Assembly: GCA_002269645.1 (NCBI GenBank)
Contig: NIVC01000573.1
Location: forward strand, 62,001 to 126,000
Source: Macrostomum lignano
Taxonomy: Eukaryota
Length of the DNA: 64,000 nt
Reading direction: 5' to 3'
Shown in pieces: positions 13,413 through 49,077 of this stretch. The translations under genes and the position numbers were made by a program. Numbering within the stretch: position 1 is the first letter of the stretch; each line of letters opens with the position of its first letter. A model generated the notes under the pieces. The model ran no database searches. It was not told the origin of the DNA and saw nothing but the letters and a program-made list of their open reading frames with translations.

Positions 13413-14112
13413 ACCTCCGTGTTCGTAACCAGCGAATTTTTTATTCACTTACCAATCCTCATCTCAACCTGCAGTACTGCTGTAGCAATGCGGCAAGGGT
13501 TCCTCGTGTTTATTTATGCTTTACGGAAAGTTTGTAGGATGACCGCCAGCTCCTTTTCCCCACCATATCTACCGGTTATATCAAATACGCTGGACCAGTG
13601 TAGCCCAGTTACTATGACAACCGCAGCACGCAATTTCTGTCATAGGCTGCAAAGCCAATCCTGTCTCCCTGTACACTTCACGTGTGGGTGGCTCAGGGGG
13701 GCAGGGAGGTGACCAGAAATCATGATACATTTTTGACAAGTTGAATGCGCATGCCGTGGACACCTATAATTTATATACACCTGGATTGGACACGCACCGT
13801 TTGCCTGACTAATAAGTTTCTGGCCTTTGACGTGCGACCATGCAGTCCAAGTGTTAAACAGCTCAGTGGTCATTGACGTTTGGCCAATTAAAATACTTGA
13901 TATATCATCGTAATGTGGCAGAGGCAAAAAAATAATGTAGTTTTTTATCATCAAAAACGGCAAGTTTATGAATATTTAAAATTTTGCCTTGGAGGGGGGC
14001 TGATTGGGACTCACCGAGTGGCCGCAAATCCATCAATTTAATTTGCACAGAAATTGCTGCTCTCATAACTTTACTGCCTCCCACTGGGAAGCTATCCTCA
14101 AAGACAGGAGGC

Positions 14113-14650
<538 letters not shown>

Positions 14651-15344
14651 AGTAAAAGAGCCTGACGAAGGCAGTGTCCGCAGCAGTCACGCTATTAAAA
14701 AATGTCTATTCAGCAATGTAGGCTATGGCTATGCAATTTATTCAGACTAGTTCATCATATTCAGTCAGTTGCTACTATCAGTTAATTACTGCGGATTAGC
14801 AGGTGTCTATGCCAACGAAAAATGTGAATAAACAGGGATTAATGAGCAGTGGGGACTCGAAGGGCTGCGCTGAGCAGAAATGATTTGCCAGAGCTGACTG
14901 CAAAGCCTAATTAATAACAGAGTACAGGAGTGCTCAGATAATCAACGGATCTCAACTTCTGTACTACAATATACCATATTTACTACTACTTAGTTAATAT
15001 TATGCATGAAGTCCGACTGCGGTCAGTGAGATAAAAAATGATATATAGAAAAAATGGAAAATGAGTTTAAATAAATAAAATACCCAGTGAATAAATTTGT
15101 GCAAAGGGCTCAGAAACAGACGGAGAAAAAAGACAAAACTGAAAACTGCAGACAGACTTGATCACAGACTGGGCTCGAGACACGGATGTGCTTTCGGGCA
15201 CGCACGGTTATCGTTGACTTGAGTAGGATTGAGAACCGCTGTGAGCCTAAAAATGTTTTGATTCAATAGGATTTATTCAATGCAATTCAGTTCAATACTC
15301 GATCAATGCGACTGACTCCGCGATATGGGCTTTGAGCAGAGCGG

Positions 15345-16165
15345 GATTCCAGTGGGATTTGGGTGGGGATTTGAGTCGGGATTTCAATGGGGATTTAGAT
15401 GAGGATCTGAGTGAGGATTTAAATGTGATTTGAGTGGGGATTTAAATGGGATTTGAGTGGGGATTTAAATGGGATTTGAGTGGGGACTTAAATGGGATTT
15501 GAGTGGGGATTTAAATGGGATTTGAGTGGGGATTTAAATGGGATTTGAGTGGGGATTTAAATGGGATTTGAGTGGGGATTTAAATGGGATTTGAGTGGGG
15601 ATTTAAATGGGATTTGAGTGGGGATTTAAATGGGATTTGAGTGGGGATTTAAATGGGATTTGAGTGGGGATTTAAATGGGATTTGAGTGGGGATTTAAAT
15701 GGGATTTGAGTGGGGACTTAAATGGGATTTGAGTGGGGACTTAAATGGGATTTGAGTGGGGATTTAAATGGGATTTGAGTGGGGATTTAAATGGGATTTG
15801 AGTGGGGATTTAAATGGGATTTGAGTGGGGATTTAAATGGGATTTGAGTGGGGATTTAAATGGGATTTGAGTGGGGACTTAAATGGGATTTGAGTGGGGA
15901 TTTAAATGGGATTTGAGTGGGGACTTAAATGGGATTTGAGTGGGGACTTAAATGGGATTTGAGTGGGGATTTAAATGGGATTTGTGTTGAGATTTAAGTA
16001 GGATTCCAGTGGGGATTTGAGTGAGGATTTGAGTGGAGGTTTGAGTGGGGATTTGAGTGAGGATTTGAGTGGAGATTGAGTGGGGATTCGAGTGGGGATT
16101 TGAGTGGGGATTTGAGTGGACTTGAGTGAGGATCTAAGTGGGGATTTGTATGGGGATTCGGGTTG
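15345..16165. repeat. 23-bp minisatellite GGGATTTGAGTGGGGATTTAAAT
   Basis: Homogeneous core with degenerate edges. Confidence 0.95.
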
Positions 16166-16667
16166 GATGAACACAGTGGATTAAATCCACGAATAGTTCA
16201 GGGATTCGAGTTAACAGGTCAGAAGTGCACGCTTTCTGTAAATGACCTGAGCTGGGCACACGCAAGCGGCTACGAGTGTGCATAGCAGTGCCCAAAATAA
16301 GCTAACAAACAAAGTCGAATGGAATAGAGTAAAGCGTTGCCGCACACTACTAATAGTAGTGCAAAATAGTAGTTGAAAAATGAAAAATAAAACCAGGAAA
16401 AAGTTGAATAAAAACATTTAGTAAACACGGGATAAAGAAGATATCGTTGAAACTTCTGACTAGACAACAGGAATTGTGTAAAATATGAGCAGCCACTACT
16501 GCCGTGAGTAGCATAGCGGGCGCTCCAGATAAAACAGAATATCGTGTTTGTTAGCAAAGTTATTAATGTAAAGACTAGGGCCACGTCTAACTACTCAACA
16601 GTTACTTTGCAGGCTTCTCTTCATCTCAACCGACTTCTTCCGAGTTGCAGAAATTCTCCAAAAAGCC

Positions 16668-34136
<17,469 letters not shown>

Positions 34137-34571
34137 ACTATTATTTGTTTAGGTTGCTTTTAAATATTGATTGATTAGGAAATTGTTGCAATAAAGAACG
34201 TTAAAAATTGAGAAGAGATTCACCAGACTTATAGTAAAGCTATTTTTTCTGTTTATTTTGTTGTAACAGTCCTTCGGGAGAGATTCTACCTCATTAATAT
34301 CTAATATGAGTTGCGCAGCGATTTAGACCGTGATGGCGCAAAATAAATCTTGTTTCTTTGAAAAACAAAAAAATTAAACGAGGATTCTGTTTATTTCTGT
34401 GGTCTAGGCGCTAAAACAAATAGAAATACAAAGTACTGTGCTTTAGACGTAAAATGTCGTAAGTAAACAAAATATAAATTTAATTATAGTAACTCATGAC
34501 TCCAAGTAACTTTATTAATAAATAAATTCACAGAAACGTATGAATTACATCATTACATTATCATTACTTTA

Positions 34572-35502
34572 TTGTAATATTCCTTTTTGCGGTCTAGTTG
34601 GTACCATGGGCGGCGGGAGCTTGCGGCACCGGGGGCACGTTTCTGATTTTAGGTCCTAATTAGCAGCTTATAAAGGTACCTGTGCCCCCCTGCCCTGTGC
34701 CCGGTGCCCCCCACAAACATTAGGCTCCGCCGCCCCTGGTTGGTACTGCAAGCTTTCAATTTAATCATAGATACGGAAATCAGACTTGCGAGACTGAAAA
34801 TTTTCTGTCTATGGTCGACACTCGCTGGCATAGCGAAGTTCAATTTAATCCTGTGGGGCATCAATTTGATCATTCTATATGTTTTCAATGCACATTTTTA
34901 CTGTCATCGTAACTTGTTTTTAGCTTGTCTTTTACATCATACGATCCTCAGAGAGACTATGATGGCATCCAGGTTCCAGACGTTCATCAATGATCTGGTG
35001 TGCAAAGCGTGACGAGTCGTGGTGATGTACCTGATGGCGAGGAGTTCTGTGTGATCATGGATGACGCCCGTTTTCATCGTGGAGTGACAATCCCAGATCA
35101 ATTTCAGCCCGCTTGGCGCCTGGTGACATTGCCTCCTTACTCGTCGTTCCTCAATCCTGTGGAGAACGCGCACGCCTGCCTGAAGGCAGCCATCAAACGC
35201 CAGCTGGCTCAACCACAATTGCAAGAAGAGCTGGACACTCCGACTGATGGTCATTCGCTACGAGAGTGGCGAATCCTTGTCCTAAAGAGGGTTGCAGAGG
35301 AAGCGAATTTTGTTTCAACACAGGATATATAACGTTATATGATTAGACTGATCAAATTGATGCCCCCAGGAGTAAATTGGACTCCGCTATGCCAGCGAGT
35401 GTCGACTATAGACAGAAAAGTCTCGCAAGTCTGATTTCCGTATCTATATGATTAAATTGAAAGCTTGCAGGACCAACCAGGCCGCAAAAAGGAATATTAT
35501 AA
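34572..35502 (+). mobile_element. IS630/Tc1/mariner-superfamily DNA transposon, internally deleted, with TIRs of about 160 bp and TA flanks
   Basis: Left end TTGTAATATTCCTTTTTGCGG..GGGGCATCAATTTGATCA (34572-34878, interrupted by the MITE) is the reverse complement of 35344-35502. Both ends are flanked by TA. The internal ORF 35000-35332 reads VIMDDARFH..LPPYSSFLNPVE, the second D and the E of the DDE triad. Confidence 0.88.
34605..34738. mobile_element. 134-bp MITE, hAT-like, nested in the left TIR of the Tc1-like element
   Basis: Termini CATGGGCGGCGGGAGC and reverse-complement CAGGGGCGGCGGAGCC. Exact 8-bp target duplication GTTGGTAC at 34597-34604 and 34739-34746. Confidence 0.9.
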
Positions 35503-35646
35503 TATAGCTTTTTGCAGCCCATTTGGGCCTACGCGCATTGAATTTAATCCAAGATAGGTTTACTAATGTAATGGAGCTTTTGTCTATGGTAGAAAGGCTG
35601 GCACAGTGCCATTTAGTTTGGATGTCAGCGTGTCTACCAACAATTC

Positions 35647-35950
35647 TCAGTCGCTTTCCCAGAGCTCTGCCGATAGCCGAAATCTGATAACCAACTGGAA
35701 CTGTTTCTTGATCAACTTCTGCTGCATTTCTGCATCGTCAACAAACGTCTCAACTGCATCGAGTAGCAGTTGGACTTGAGGCTCTCGAGCAACTTGCCTT
35801 CGCGATCCCGCGATTGCCACCCTTTCGCAGACAATCTCTGCCGGCAGTGGTTTCAACGCGCTGATGGATGCTGTAAACCATATTTTCCTTTACATTCAGC
35901 AACCTTGCAATGTCCTTTGGGTGTTCACCTCTGTCGAGTGCTTCGATCAC
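35647..35950 (-). pseudogene. Transposase N-terminal HTH remnant (IS630/Tc1-like), frameshifted
   Basis: IEALDRGEHPKDIARLLNVKENMVYSIHQR followed by RKGGNR resembles a Tc1/IS630 DNA-binding HTH plus linker. It continues in another frame (35647-35856). Confidence 0.5.
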
Positions 35951-36768
35951 AAGCCAATGGTTCGAACAAGCTTATAACCTGTGCATGCTCAATAGATCTA
36001 TATGTACCTGTAGCTGAACGCCAAGCATACACATACACCTGCATACGCCTAATCGCGTGTACCGACAACAGCTGGTCAAATTAAAACTTTCAAACTTTGA
36101 AAAATAATCATGCAATCGCGTACAATACTTCAAAAAGTCAAACGGGCCTGCTTGGCAACATTGCCTCTCAAAACTATATTTTGACTGAATTTTTCCATGC
36201 CGGTACACTCTTTAGAATCAAACACTTTAAAGGGCGCAAAAACGAAAAGTAACAAACAAATTGAAAAGCGAAACATCTTTATTATGGCAACGGCTTTATT
36301 GTATTTTGCGCATTTTGACTAGTGTAAATCAATCAGTTAAAATTCGTTTGGTAAATAGAATATTTCTATTGCAAGAAAAACCGCACTCAGTCTACCAGAA
36401 GCAGTGCGCTGGGTAATTTTTTTGGAATAGGATTAAAAGTAATAGGATTTTCCATTTCAACCTGATGGGATTACATCCAATGATTTTGATGTCAGCCACT
36501 ACAGATTGCCCTAAATCCACTGTTTAAGCATGCATCAGCGAATTAGATTCCGTTACAATCGAAAAGTCAAGCAGTTCATTCAGTTCCGACGAGAAAAGTA
36601 CAGCATAAGCAGCAATTGGCAAGCAATTCTGAAGTAAGGAAATGTCTGCTCAGGCCGTCATCTACTGGATAGTGCTCTGTAAGCTTGCACTGACTGTCTG
36701 TTTTATCCTACATTAAATCCTGTATTGCTGGGTTTCAATGACGCGTACATGTAACTTCTTCAGTCCTG

Positions 36769-37340
36769 ATGTCGACGAACTCCCGCGCATACGATGGGTT
36801 CTTCAATCTCTCGGCTGTCACCGTGCTGTCCTTTGTTGTTGGCCAGTGGGGCACGAATAACGTGGAATACTTGGGGCAGGTCTGCTCTGGCAGCTGCGTG
36901 TCCGGCGGAGGCGGAGGCTCCTTCGTGTACACCGATGCTGAGCTGCTCCTGGCTGCTGGTGGCGGCGGAGATGCAGCGGTGTACTTTGCAGGTAACCAGC
37001 TTAATCAGTGCCACATTTATTAGCCATCACTGTTTAGCAAATCAACATTTACGGGAGGATCGTAGCATACTAGTAGTAGTCTTGAGAGCCAATCCCCAAG
37101 GCACAGTGAAATGTACATGCCTAACGATAAATAAAGTTAGGGCCGCTGTACACTCACGTGTGAGTGTGTGCCTGTGCGTATGACTGCGTACGTATCCGCG
37201 CGTTTGTGTGCCTGCTCAGGCCGGGGGAGTCGGCGGAATGGGCAGTAATGAATGCCTTTTGCTGATTGTGTGACAATGTCGCTTAAAGAGCTGGAGGAAT
37301 GTCGCAATGGCCGTGATGAGAAGAAGTTCTGGCAAACTTT
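36769..37340 (+). pseudogene. ALK/LTK-type glycine-rich domain gene remnant, copy 1
   Basis: GFFNLSAVTVLSFVVGQWG..GGGGGSFVY..LLLAAGGGG, then a donor GCAG|gtaac. Downstream fragments AGGVGGMG (about 37219) and ELEECR (about 37290). No start codon context, and truncated. Confidence 0.6.
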
Positions 37341-37557
37341 TCAAGTCAATTTACGGCCCAGAGATATGAGAAGACTTCGGCTACTCAATCCAATAAATCT
37401 AACTGGAAATAAAGTCGATCCTTTTGGACTCAGTAAAAAACAAGCAGAAATTAGCCAATAATGTGAGCTCATTGATAACAGATTCTCCGAGGCAATGACA
37501 TTTTATTTTTCAATATCTCTTCAGAGCTTCCGTGCAAAGTTTTCAAACTTGATCGGT

Positions 37558-39609
37558 TCAGACTCTTCTATAGACGTAGAACACGCCGGGCAGGTCATTG
37601 TAATAGTGCTCCATGATGCCCCTCTGCACCTTCTGCCAGATGCCTTCGGCCTCCATCCGGTCCATGGTGGGCTCCAGGTCAAGGAGGTAGTCCGTCCGAA
37701 GGTACTCCTCGCGCATGGCCATGCAAAATAGGCCGCCGCTCTTTAGCGTGAGAGCCAACGGCTTCAGGTGCATCGGGCCCAGGTGGCCCGGCAGGAAGGA
37801 GCCCGAAGTCACGATGGCGTCGTAAGAGGCTGCAGGTTGGGTGACCGAATGAGGAATGTTCTGCCAGAAAAGCTATCGATGTTAAATAAATAGCAGGTGT
37901 CAGTGGTAGCTTAGTGTAGATGGTGGGTGTCTGTGGCCGATGGAGAGGTGTCTGCAGCGGATAGAGAGGTATCTGTAGCGGATAGAGAGGTGTCTATAGC
38001 GGATAGAGAGGTGTCTGTAGCGGATAGAGAGGTGTCTGTGGCGGATAGAGAGGTGTCTATAGCGGATAGAGAGGTGTCTGTAGCGGATAGAGAGGTGTCT
38101 ATAGCGGATAGAGAGGTGTCTGTAGCGGATAGAGAGGTGTCTGTGGCGGATAGAGAGGTGTCTATAGCGGATAGAGAGGTGTCTGTAGCGGATAGAGAGG
38201 TGTCTGTAGCGGATATAGAGGTGTCTATAGCGGATAGAGAGGTGTCTGTAGCGGATAGAGAGGTATCTGTAGCGGATAGAGAGGTATCTGTAGCGGATAG
38301 AGAGGTGTCTATAGCGGATAGAGAGGTGTCTATAGCGGATAGAGAGGTGTCTATAGCGGATAGAGAGGTGTCTGTAGCGGATAGAGAGGTGTCTGTAGCG
38401 GATAGAGAGGTGTCTATAGCGGATAGAGAGGTATCTGTAGCGGATAGAGAGGTGTCTGTAGCGGATAGAGAGGGTGTCTGTAGCGGATAGAGAGGTATCT
38501 GTAGCGGATAGATAGGTGTCTTTAGCGGATAGAGAGGTGTCTGTAGCGGATAGAGAGGTGTCTGTAGCGGGTAGAGAGGTATCTGTAGCGGATAGAGAGG
38601 TATCTGTAGCGGATAGAGAGGTGTCTATAGCGGAGAGGTGTCAGCAGCGGGTAGAGACCGGACAGCTACTGGAGGACCCTGAATTACCCTGCTCCACCGA
38701 CTTGACGGAGTCGCTGCCGATGAGCTCCTCGAACAGGTTCTTGTAGATCTTCTTCTTGGCCGCCAGGTCCAGCATGCCTCGGCTGCCGTCGATGGCGTCA
38801 ATGTTGGTGAAGCCCAGCTCCTTCAGCTGCGGGAGTAGAAAAAAGTCACGGTGTGTTGGAAGGTTTTGGTCGGACGCGAACTGCTACTAGAAGTAGGAAT
38901 TCCAGCGCATAGGGCACTCACGGCAACTCCGCCAAGGCCTGTGCCGGCGCAGACATCCAAAATTCTGGCGTTCTTGTCCTTCAGGTGGGCGTCCGCCACT
39001 CTGGCAATCTTCTGGGGATGAGTGTAGCCGTGGCTCATGTTCAGCAGGTCCTGTGGGAGGATGAAAGAACGACAACTTGAAAGAAGTATGGGAACTATAC
39101 GATTCCTAATAATAATATAATAATAATTATTACACCTGCCCTTATGGGCGGATGTGAAACCGACAGCTCAGCCGCAGCCAGTGCGCGGCACATCTGAAGG
39201 CTGCCTACGGCTTTTCAGTCACGTCGAGGGGTCCTAACACACCCTCAATTACCCCAGCTAATACTGGCACCCATTTTACAGCTGGGTGAGCTGAAGCAAT
39301 GCAGAGTTAAGTGTCTTGCTCCAGGACTCAAATTATTTTGAGTGGGTCGAGAATCGAACCCCCAACCCTTCAGTCGTGAGTCCGGCGCTCTAAGCACTAA
39401 GGCTAAAATCCTCACTCCCTAACAGGTGAAAATCGCAGGTTGAGACATCCGGCGTGTCTACTGACATGCTCGTACTCTCCAGCGAAGCCGCTGTACATCT
39501 CCGACGTCTTCGCTCCGCTGCTGGTCATGGTGTCGAACTGGGCAAAGAAGGCGTTGGCAATGCTTTCGGTTGCCAACGGCTGTTTCTGCTGCTGCTGCGG
39601 CTGCTCCAT
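37558..39609 (-). CDS. Class I SAM-dependent methyltransferase, METTL27/WBSCR27-like, about 227 aa
   Basis: Exons 39609-39466, 39050-38922 (RILDVCAGTGLGG, SAM motif I), 38826-38688 (GFTNIDAIDGSRGML) and 37829-37558 (YDAIVTSGSF, LKSGGLFC). GT-AG introns with phases 0, 0, 1. Confidence 0.85.
37893..38650. repeat. 21-bp minisatellite GTGTCTGTAGCGGATAGAGAG (methyltransferase last intron)
   Basis: 7-aa periodic ORF SVADREV. Confidence 0.95.
39108..39405 (-). mobile_element. tRNA-derived SINE, copy 1
   Basis: Minus strand: TAGCCTTAGTGCTTAGAGCG..GGTTCGATTCTC head, body GCAAGACACTTAACTC..CCCAGCTGTAAAATGGGTGCC, and a TTA-type tail. Homologous to 40620-40902. Confidence 0.8.
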
Positions 39610-39801
39610 TAGGAATCGGAAGGCTTGTAATTTTTAAAAAATAAACTACGCTATAATCATAAATGAAAAGACTCTCTAAGCTTGAGCAATGAATTTATCT
39701 GAGTACCAGGTTTAGCTGGAGTGCTGTTTAGCTCAAGTGGAAGGGTGCAAAAAAACAGCTGGGGGTGCTCTGCATGGTTGACACTTTTAAGAGCGCAACT
39801 G

Positions 39802-39804
<3 letters not shown>

Positions 39805-39861
<57 letters not shown>
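39805..39861. repeat. (GA)n microsatellite
   Basis: Direct reading. Confidence 0.95.
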
Positions 39862-39864
<3 letters not shown>

Positions 39865-40038
39865 CGCGGGTACGCTATCTTTAGCAAGGCAAGCAGTACG
39901 CCGAAAGAACAAACTGGATTGGAAAAATGGAAATTAATTTGTTGGGCAGAGAAAAATTCTTGGGGAAACTGCTGAGGTCAAAAGGCATAAGCATTCATAG
40001 AAAGTTTATAGCTCTGTTCTTGGCAGCCGGGCACTCAC

Positions 40039-40173
40039 AAGCTCATAGCTGCCGCTCCAGCTGTCGTACATGCTGTTCACCCCGTCGGGGTCTTTGTCGT
40101 GCAGCTCGCCGACAATTTTGTCCGATCTGGCTTTCGCCTCGTCAGTGGTGACGTCAAGCTCCTTGGAGGCCAT
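40039..40173 (-). CDS. Alternative first coding exon of the METTL27-like gene
   Basis: ATG at 40173 gives MASKELDVTTDEAKARSDKIVGELHDKDPDGVNSMYDSWSGSYEL|gtgagt. The phase-0 donor fits the exon at 39050. MYDSWSGSYE aligns with MYSGFAGEYE of the proximal first exon. Confidence 0.7.
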
Positions 40174-40619
40174 GGCTGAGTGTGCAAATCTCAGACCAGC
40201 AAACTGAACCAATGCAACAAGCACTGCTGTATTCCGCACCTTGGGCAGGCCTGGAGTTCGCCACTAATTGCAGCTTTTTAGAGCAGCCGCGCTGCCCAAC
40301 ACCTGCCCCTGTCCCCGGTCAGGGTGGCGTGTAGCCAATGAAGCTACCAGATTGGCCGCCTCACTGCCAGCCGAAATTTTCCACCCCTGCAATCAAATCT
40401 CAAAGGAATTCTACCTTGAAGTTAAAGTTGAACAACTTTTTCTGCCTCAAGGGTGAGCCGACAGAGCAGCGATAAGAAACCGGCCCGCGGCGAAGATCAA
40501 ACGAAGACAGAAGACTGGTGGTCTGATTAAAATTCGTGACTGACTAGCGCGGTGAACTTGTTCCTGCCGGTTTCAACGCATGGAGTGACCTTTATGTCAT
40601 CTCCCGGCGACTTGAAATT

Positions 40620-40902
40620 TGCAATTAATAGTAATATTAATAATATTAATAACAACTAACAAGCAGATGTGCAGATATTGCGCGGCGCATCTAAAGGCTG
40701 CGTACGGCTGTTCAGTCCAAGGACTGGGGGGGTCGCCACACACACCCTCAATTACCCCAGCTAATGCTGGCACCCATTTTACATGCAGAGTTAAGTGTCT
40801 TGCTCAAGGACACAAATTGTTCCGAGTAGGTCGAGAATCGAACCCCCGACCTTTCAGTTGTGAATCCGACGCTCTAACCACTAGGCTGCTGCAACCCCCA
40901 AT
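40620..40902 (-). mobile_element. tRNA-derived SINE, copy 2
   Basis: TAGTGGTTAGAGCG A-box, GGTTCGATTCTC B-box, and the same body as 39108-39405 with a deletion of about 20 bp. Confidence 0.8.
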
Positions 40903-41159
40903 GATGTGACTTGACAGTGGCTAAAATTCTAGTCGCAGGGATTCTGGGCACATAACTTGCTCAGCCGTTTATGACTTATGACAGTGACAGTGATATGACA
41001 GTGTTATGAATGCTGTTAAATCATTAATCTTTGTACAGTTTTTCTGACTACAAATAAATTGCCCGCATATACAGTATCGCTCTCGAGCCTAAGGGATTCC
41101 TTGCACTGCATGACACACTAGAGGGTAAATTAATTTCAACTTGCGTGTCCATTCTATAC

Positions 41160-41345
41160 TACTTATAATAATAATATAATGATAATTCCGCTGACTCGTG
41201 AGCACACGCAAGCGCACATACAGCGGAGACAGGCCCTCGCGGCTGGGAATCGCACGGGAAGTCGCAAATGAAAGTGGCCGCCTGCGGAATCGAACCAGGG
41301 ATCGTAGCGCAACAGTCAGGAGCGTTTGCCGCCGAGCTGCTTTGC
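41160..41345 (-). mobile_element. tRNA-derived SINE of a different family
   Basis: Minus strand AGCTCGGCGGCAAACGC..GGTTCGATTCC followed by an ATT-rich tail. Confidence 0.5.
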
Positions 41346-41407
41346 TACACATTGCTATAACTACTGTTTGTTTAATGAATGAGTAGCCTACCAATCACTG
41401 AACTAAC

Positions 41408-43138
41408 CGAGCACACAGCTAATAATCCCTAAGCACATAGCTACCAATCCCTCAGCACATAGCTACCAATCCCTCAGCACATAGCTACCAATCCCTCAGC
41501 ACATAGCTACCAATCCCTCAGCACATAGCTACCAATCCCTCAGCACATAGCTACCAATCCCTCAGCACATAGCTACCAATCCCTCAGCACATAACTACCA
41601 ATCCCTCAGCACATAACTACCAATCCCTCAGCACATAGCTACCAATCCCTCAGCACATAACTACCAATCCCTCAGCACATAACTACCAATCCCTCAGCAC
41701 ATAACTACCAATCCCTCAGCACATAGCTACCAATCCCTCAGCACATAGCTACCAATCCCTCAGCACATAGCTACCAATCACTTAGCACATAGCTACCAAT
41801 CCCTCAGCACATAGCTACCAATCCCTCAGCACATAGCTACCAATCCCTGTGCACATAGCTACCAATCCCTGAGCACATAGCTACCAATCACTTAGCACAT
41901 AGCTACCAATCCCTGAGCACATAGCTACCAATCCCTGAGCACATAGCTACCAATCCCTGAGCACATAGCTACCAATCCCTGAGCACATAGCTACCAATCC
42001 CTGAGCACATAGCTACCAATCCCTCAGCACATAGCTACCAATCCCTGAGCACATAGCTACCAATCCCTGAGCACATAGCTACCAATCCCTGAGCACATAG
42101 CTACCAATCCCTGAGCACATAGCTACCAATCCCTGAGCACATAGCTACCAATCCCTCAGCACATAGCTACCAATCCCTGAGCACATAGCTACCAATCCCT
42201 GAGCACATAGCTACCAATCCCTGAGCACATAGCTACCAATCCCTGAGCACATAGCTACCAATCCCTCAGCACATAGCTACCAATCCCTGAGCACATAGCT
42301 ACCAATCCCTCAGCACATAGCTACCAACCCCTGAGCACATAGCTACCAATCCCTCAGCACATAGCTACCAATCCCTGAGCACATAGCTACCAATCCCTCA
42401 GCACATAGCTACCAATCCCTCAGCACATAGCTACCAATCCCTGAGCACACAGCTACCAATCCCTCAGCACATAGCTACCAATCCCTCAGCACATAGCTAC
42501 CAATCCCTCAGCACATAGCTACCAATCCCTGTGCACATAGCTACCAATCCCTGAGCACATAGCTACCAATCACTTAGCACATAGCTACCAATCCCTGAGC
42601 ACATAGCTACCAATCCCTGAGCACATAGCTACCAATCCCTGAGCACATAGCTACCAATCCCTGAGCACATAGCTACCAATCCCTGAGCACATAGCTACCA
42701 ATCCCTCAGCACATAGCTACCAATCCCTGAGCACATAGCTACCAATCCCTGAGCACATAGCTACCAATCCCTGAGCACATAGCTACCAATCCCTGAGCAC
42801 ATAGCTACCAATCCCTGAGCACATAGCTACCAATCCCTCAGCACATAGCTACCAATCCCTGAGCACATAGCTACCAATCCCTGAGCACATAGCTACCAAT
42901 CCCTGAGCACATAGCTACCAATCCCTGAGCACATAGCTACCAATCCCTCAGCACATAGCTACCAATCCCTGAGCACATAGCTACCAATCCCTCAGCACAT
43001 AGCTACCAACCCCTGAGCACATAGCTACCAATCCCTCAGCACATAGCTACCAATCCCTGAGCACATAGCTACCAATCCCTCAGCACATAGCTACCAATCC
43101 CTGAGCACATAGCTACCAATCCCTGAGCACACAGCTAC
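41408..43138. repeat. 22-bp minisatellite AGCACATAGCTACCAATCCCT(C/G)
   Basis: About 78 copies. Confidence 0.95.
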
Positions 43139-43556
43139 CTGTTCATAAAAAGGATCTGGACACGGACACTTCGGCCCAATCCTTCTACTAAACTACGTGT
43201 TTCTGTCTTCAATCTGCAGCCTCTAACGTACGCTTCTTGCTGATGAGTGTACACTTACTGGCTCTGCCCCTCATTCCACCCTCTTACCCCCTCTATTCCT
43301 CGCCAAAAGCCTTTCATTCCTGCTAACGGCAGCTAGCGGAGTGGATCAATGTACGCTCGTACATAGCCAGGCCAAGTGGGTACTGTACATTTAACCGTTC
43401 CCCTGTTTAAGAACTCTGCAGACGCAGCGGGGTCAAACGTTCTGCAAACGTCTGCTCCAGTCCTGCCCTAAACAGAAAGGCGAACTCATAGAACAGCAGT
43501 TTAAATTGCCAGGACTGCAAATAGAACATAGCTCCACAAGCTCCAGAAAGCGCATC

Positions 43557-48373
<4,817 letters not shown>

Positions 48374-49077
48374 ACAGCTCGAGCTCAAACTCGAACGCAC
48401 TGATTGGAGGTTGATGTACAAAGCGCTCAGCAACTTGGTTTAACATTTTTTGTGAATTCTTAAAAACTTACTATCGAGCCAGACAGTAAACACATACCCC
48501 CACATACCCCCAGTATTTACCTTGAGCACATACTGTTTCGTCCTCTCAGTAACAGCGACTCTTCAGAGCTCACAGCATGCGATGTTGATTCTTGAATTCT
48601 CAAAATCGAAGCATTCGCGCTTTTTTACTTTTTGGTGCAGAAGTTATTTGTTGTTTTTCCGTGTTGATACATGTAGATTCTGCTGGCTTCTTACAATTAT
48701 ATTGTTTTAGTCTGCGGATCAAACTTTATAGATTTTTATACTTATTCGCTTCGCGTTCTGTGGTTTATTTTCATACAAAGTAAAACTGAATGCGGAAGGC
48801 GGAGAGCATGCAGTCTTGATCACGGTCTCTGTGGTTCAGGGCCTGAGATAACTGCTCAAGTCGAAGTTGAAGGTGCTACTATATAGCTCGTAAAAGTTCA
48901 AAATTATCTGTGTTTGACATCCGGCTGGCTTGTGAGCCGCAGAAGCAGCAACTGCAGCAGCTTATCTTATCAGCCAGCTGAAGGAGGCTGGCTGGGATTT
49001 GCTTGAGCCCACGTACACTTGCTTGAGCTTTGGGTTAAAGTGGATTCAAGCCGAGCTTCGGAGCCCCTGGAGCACTT

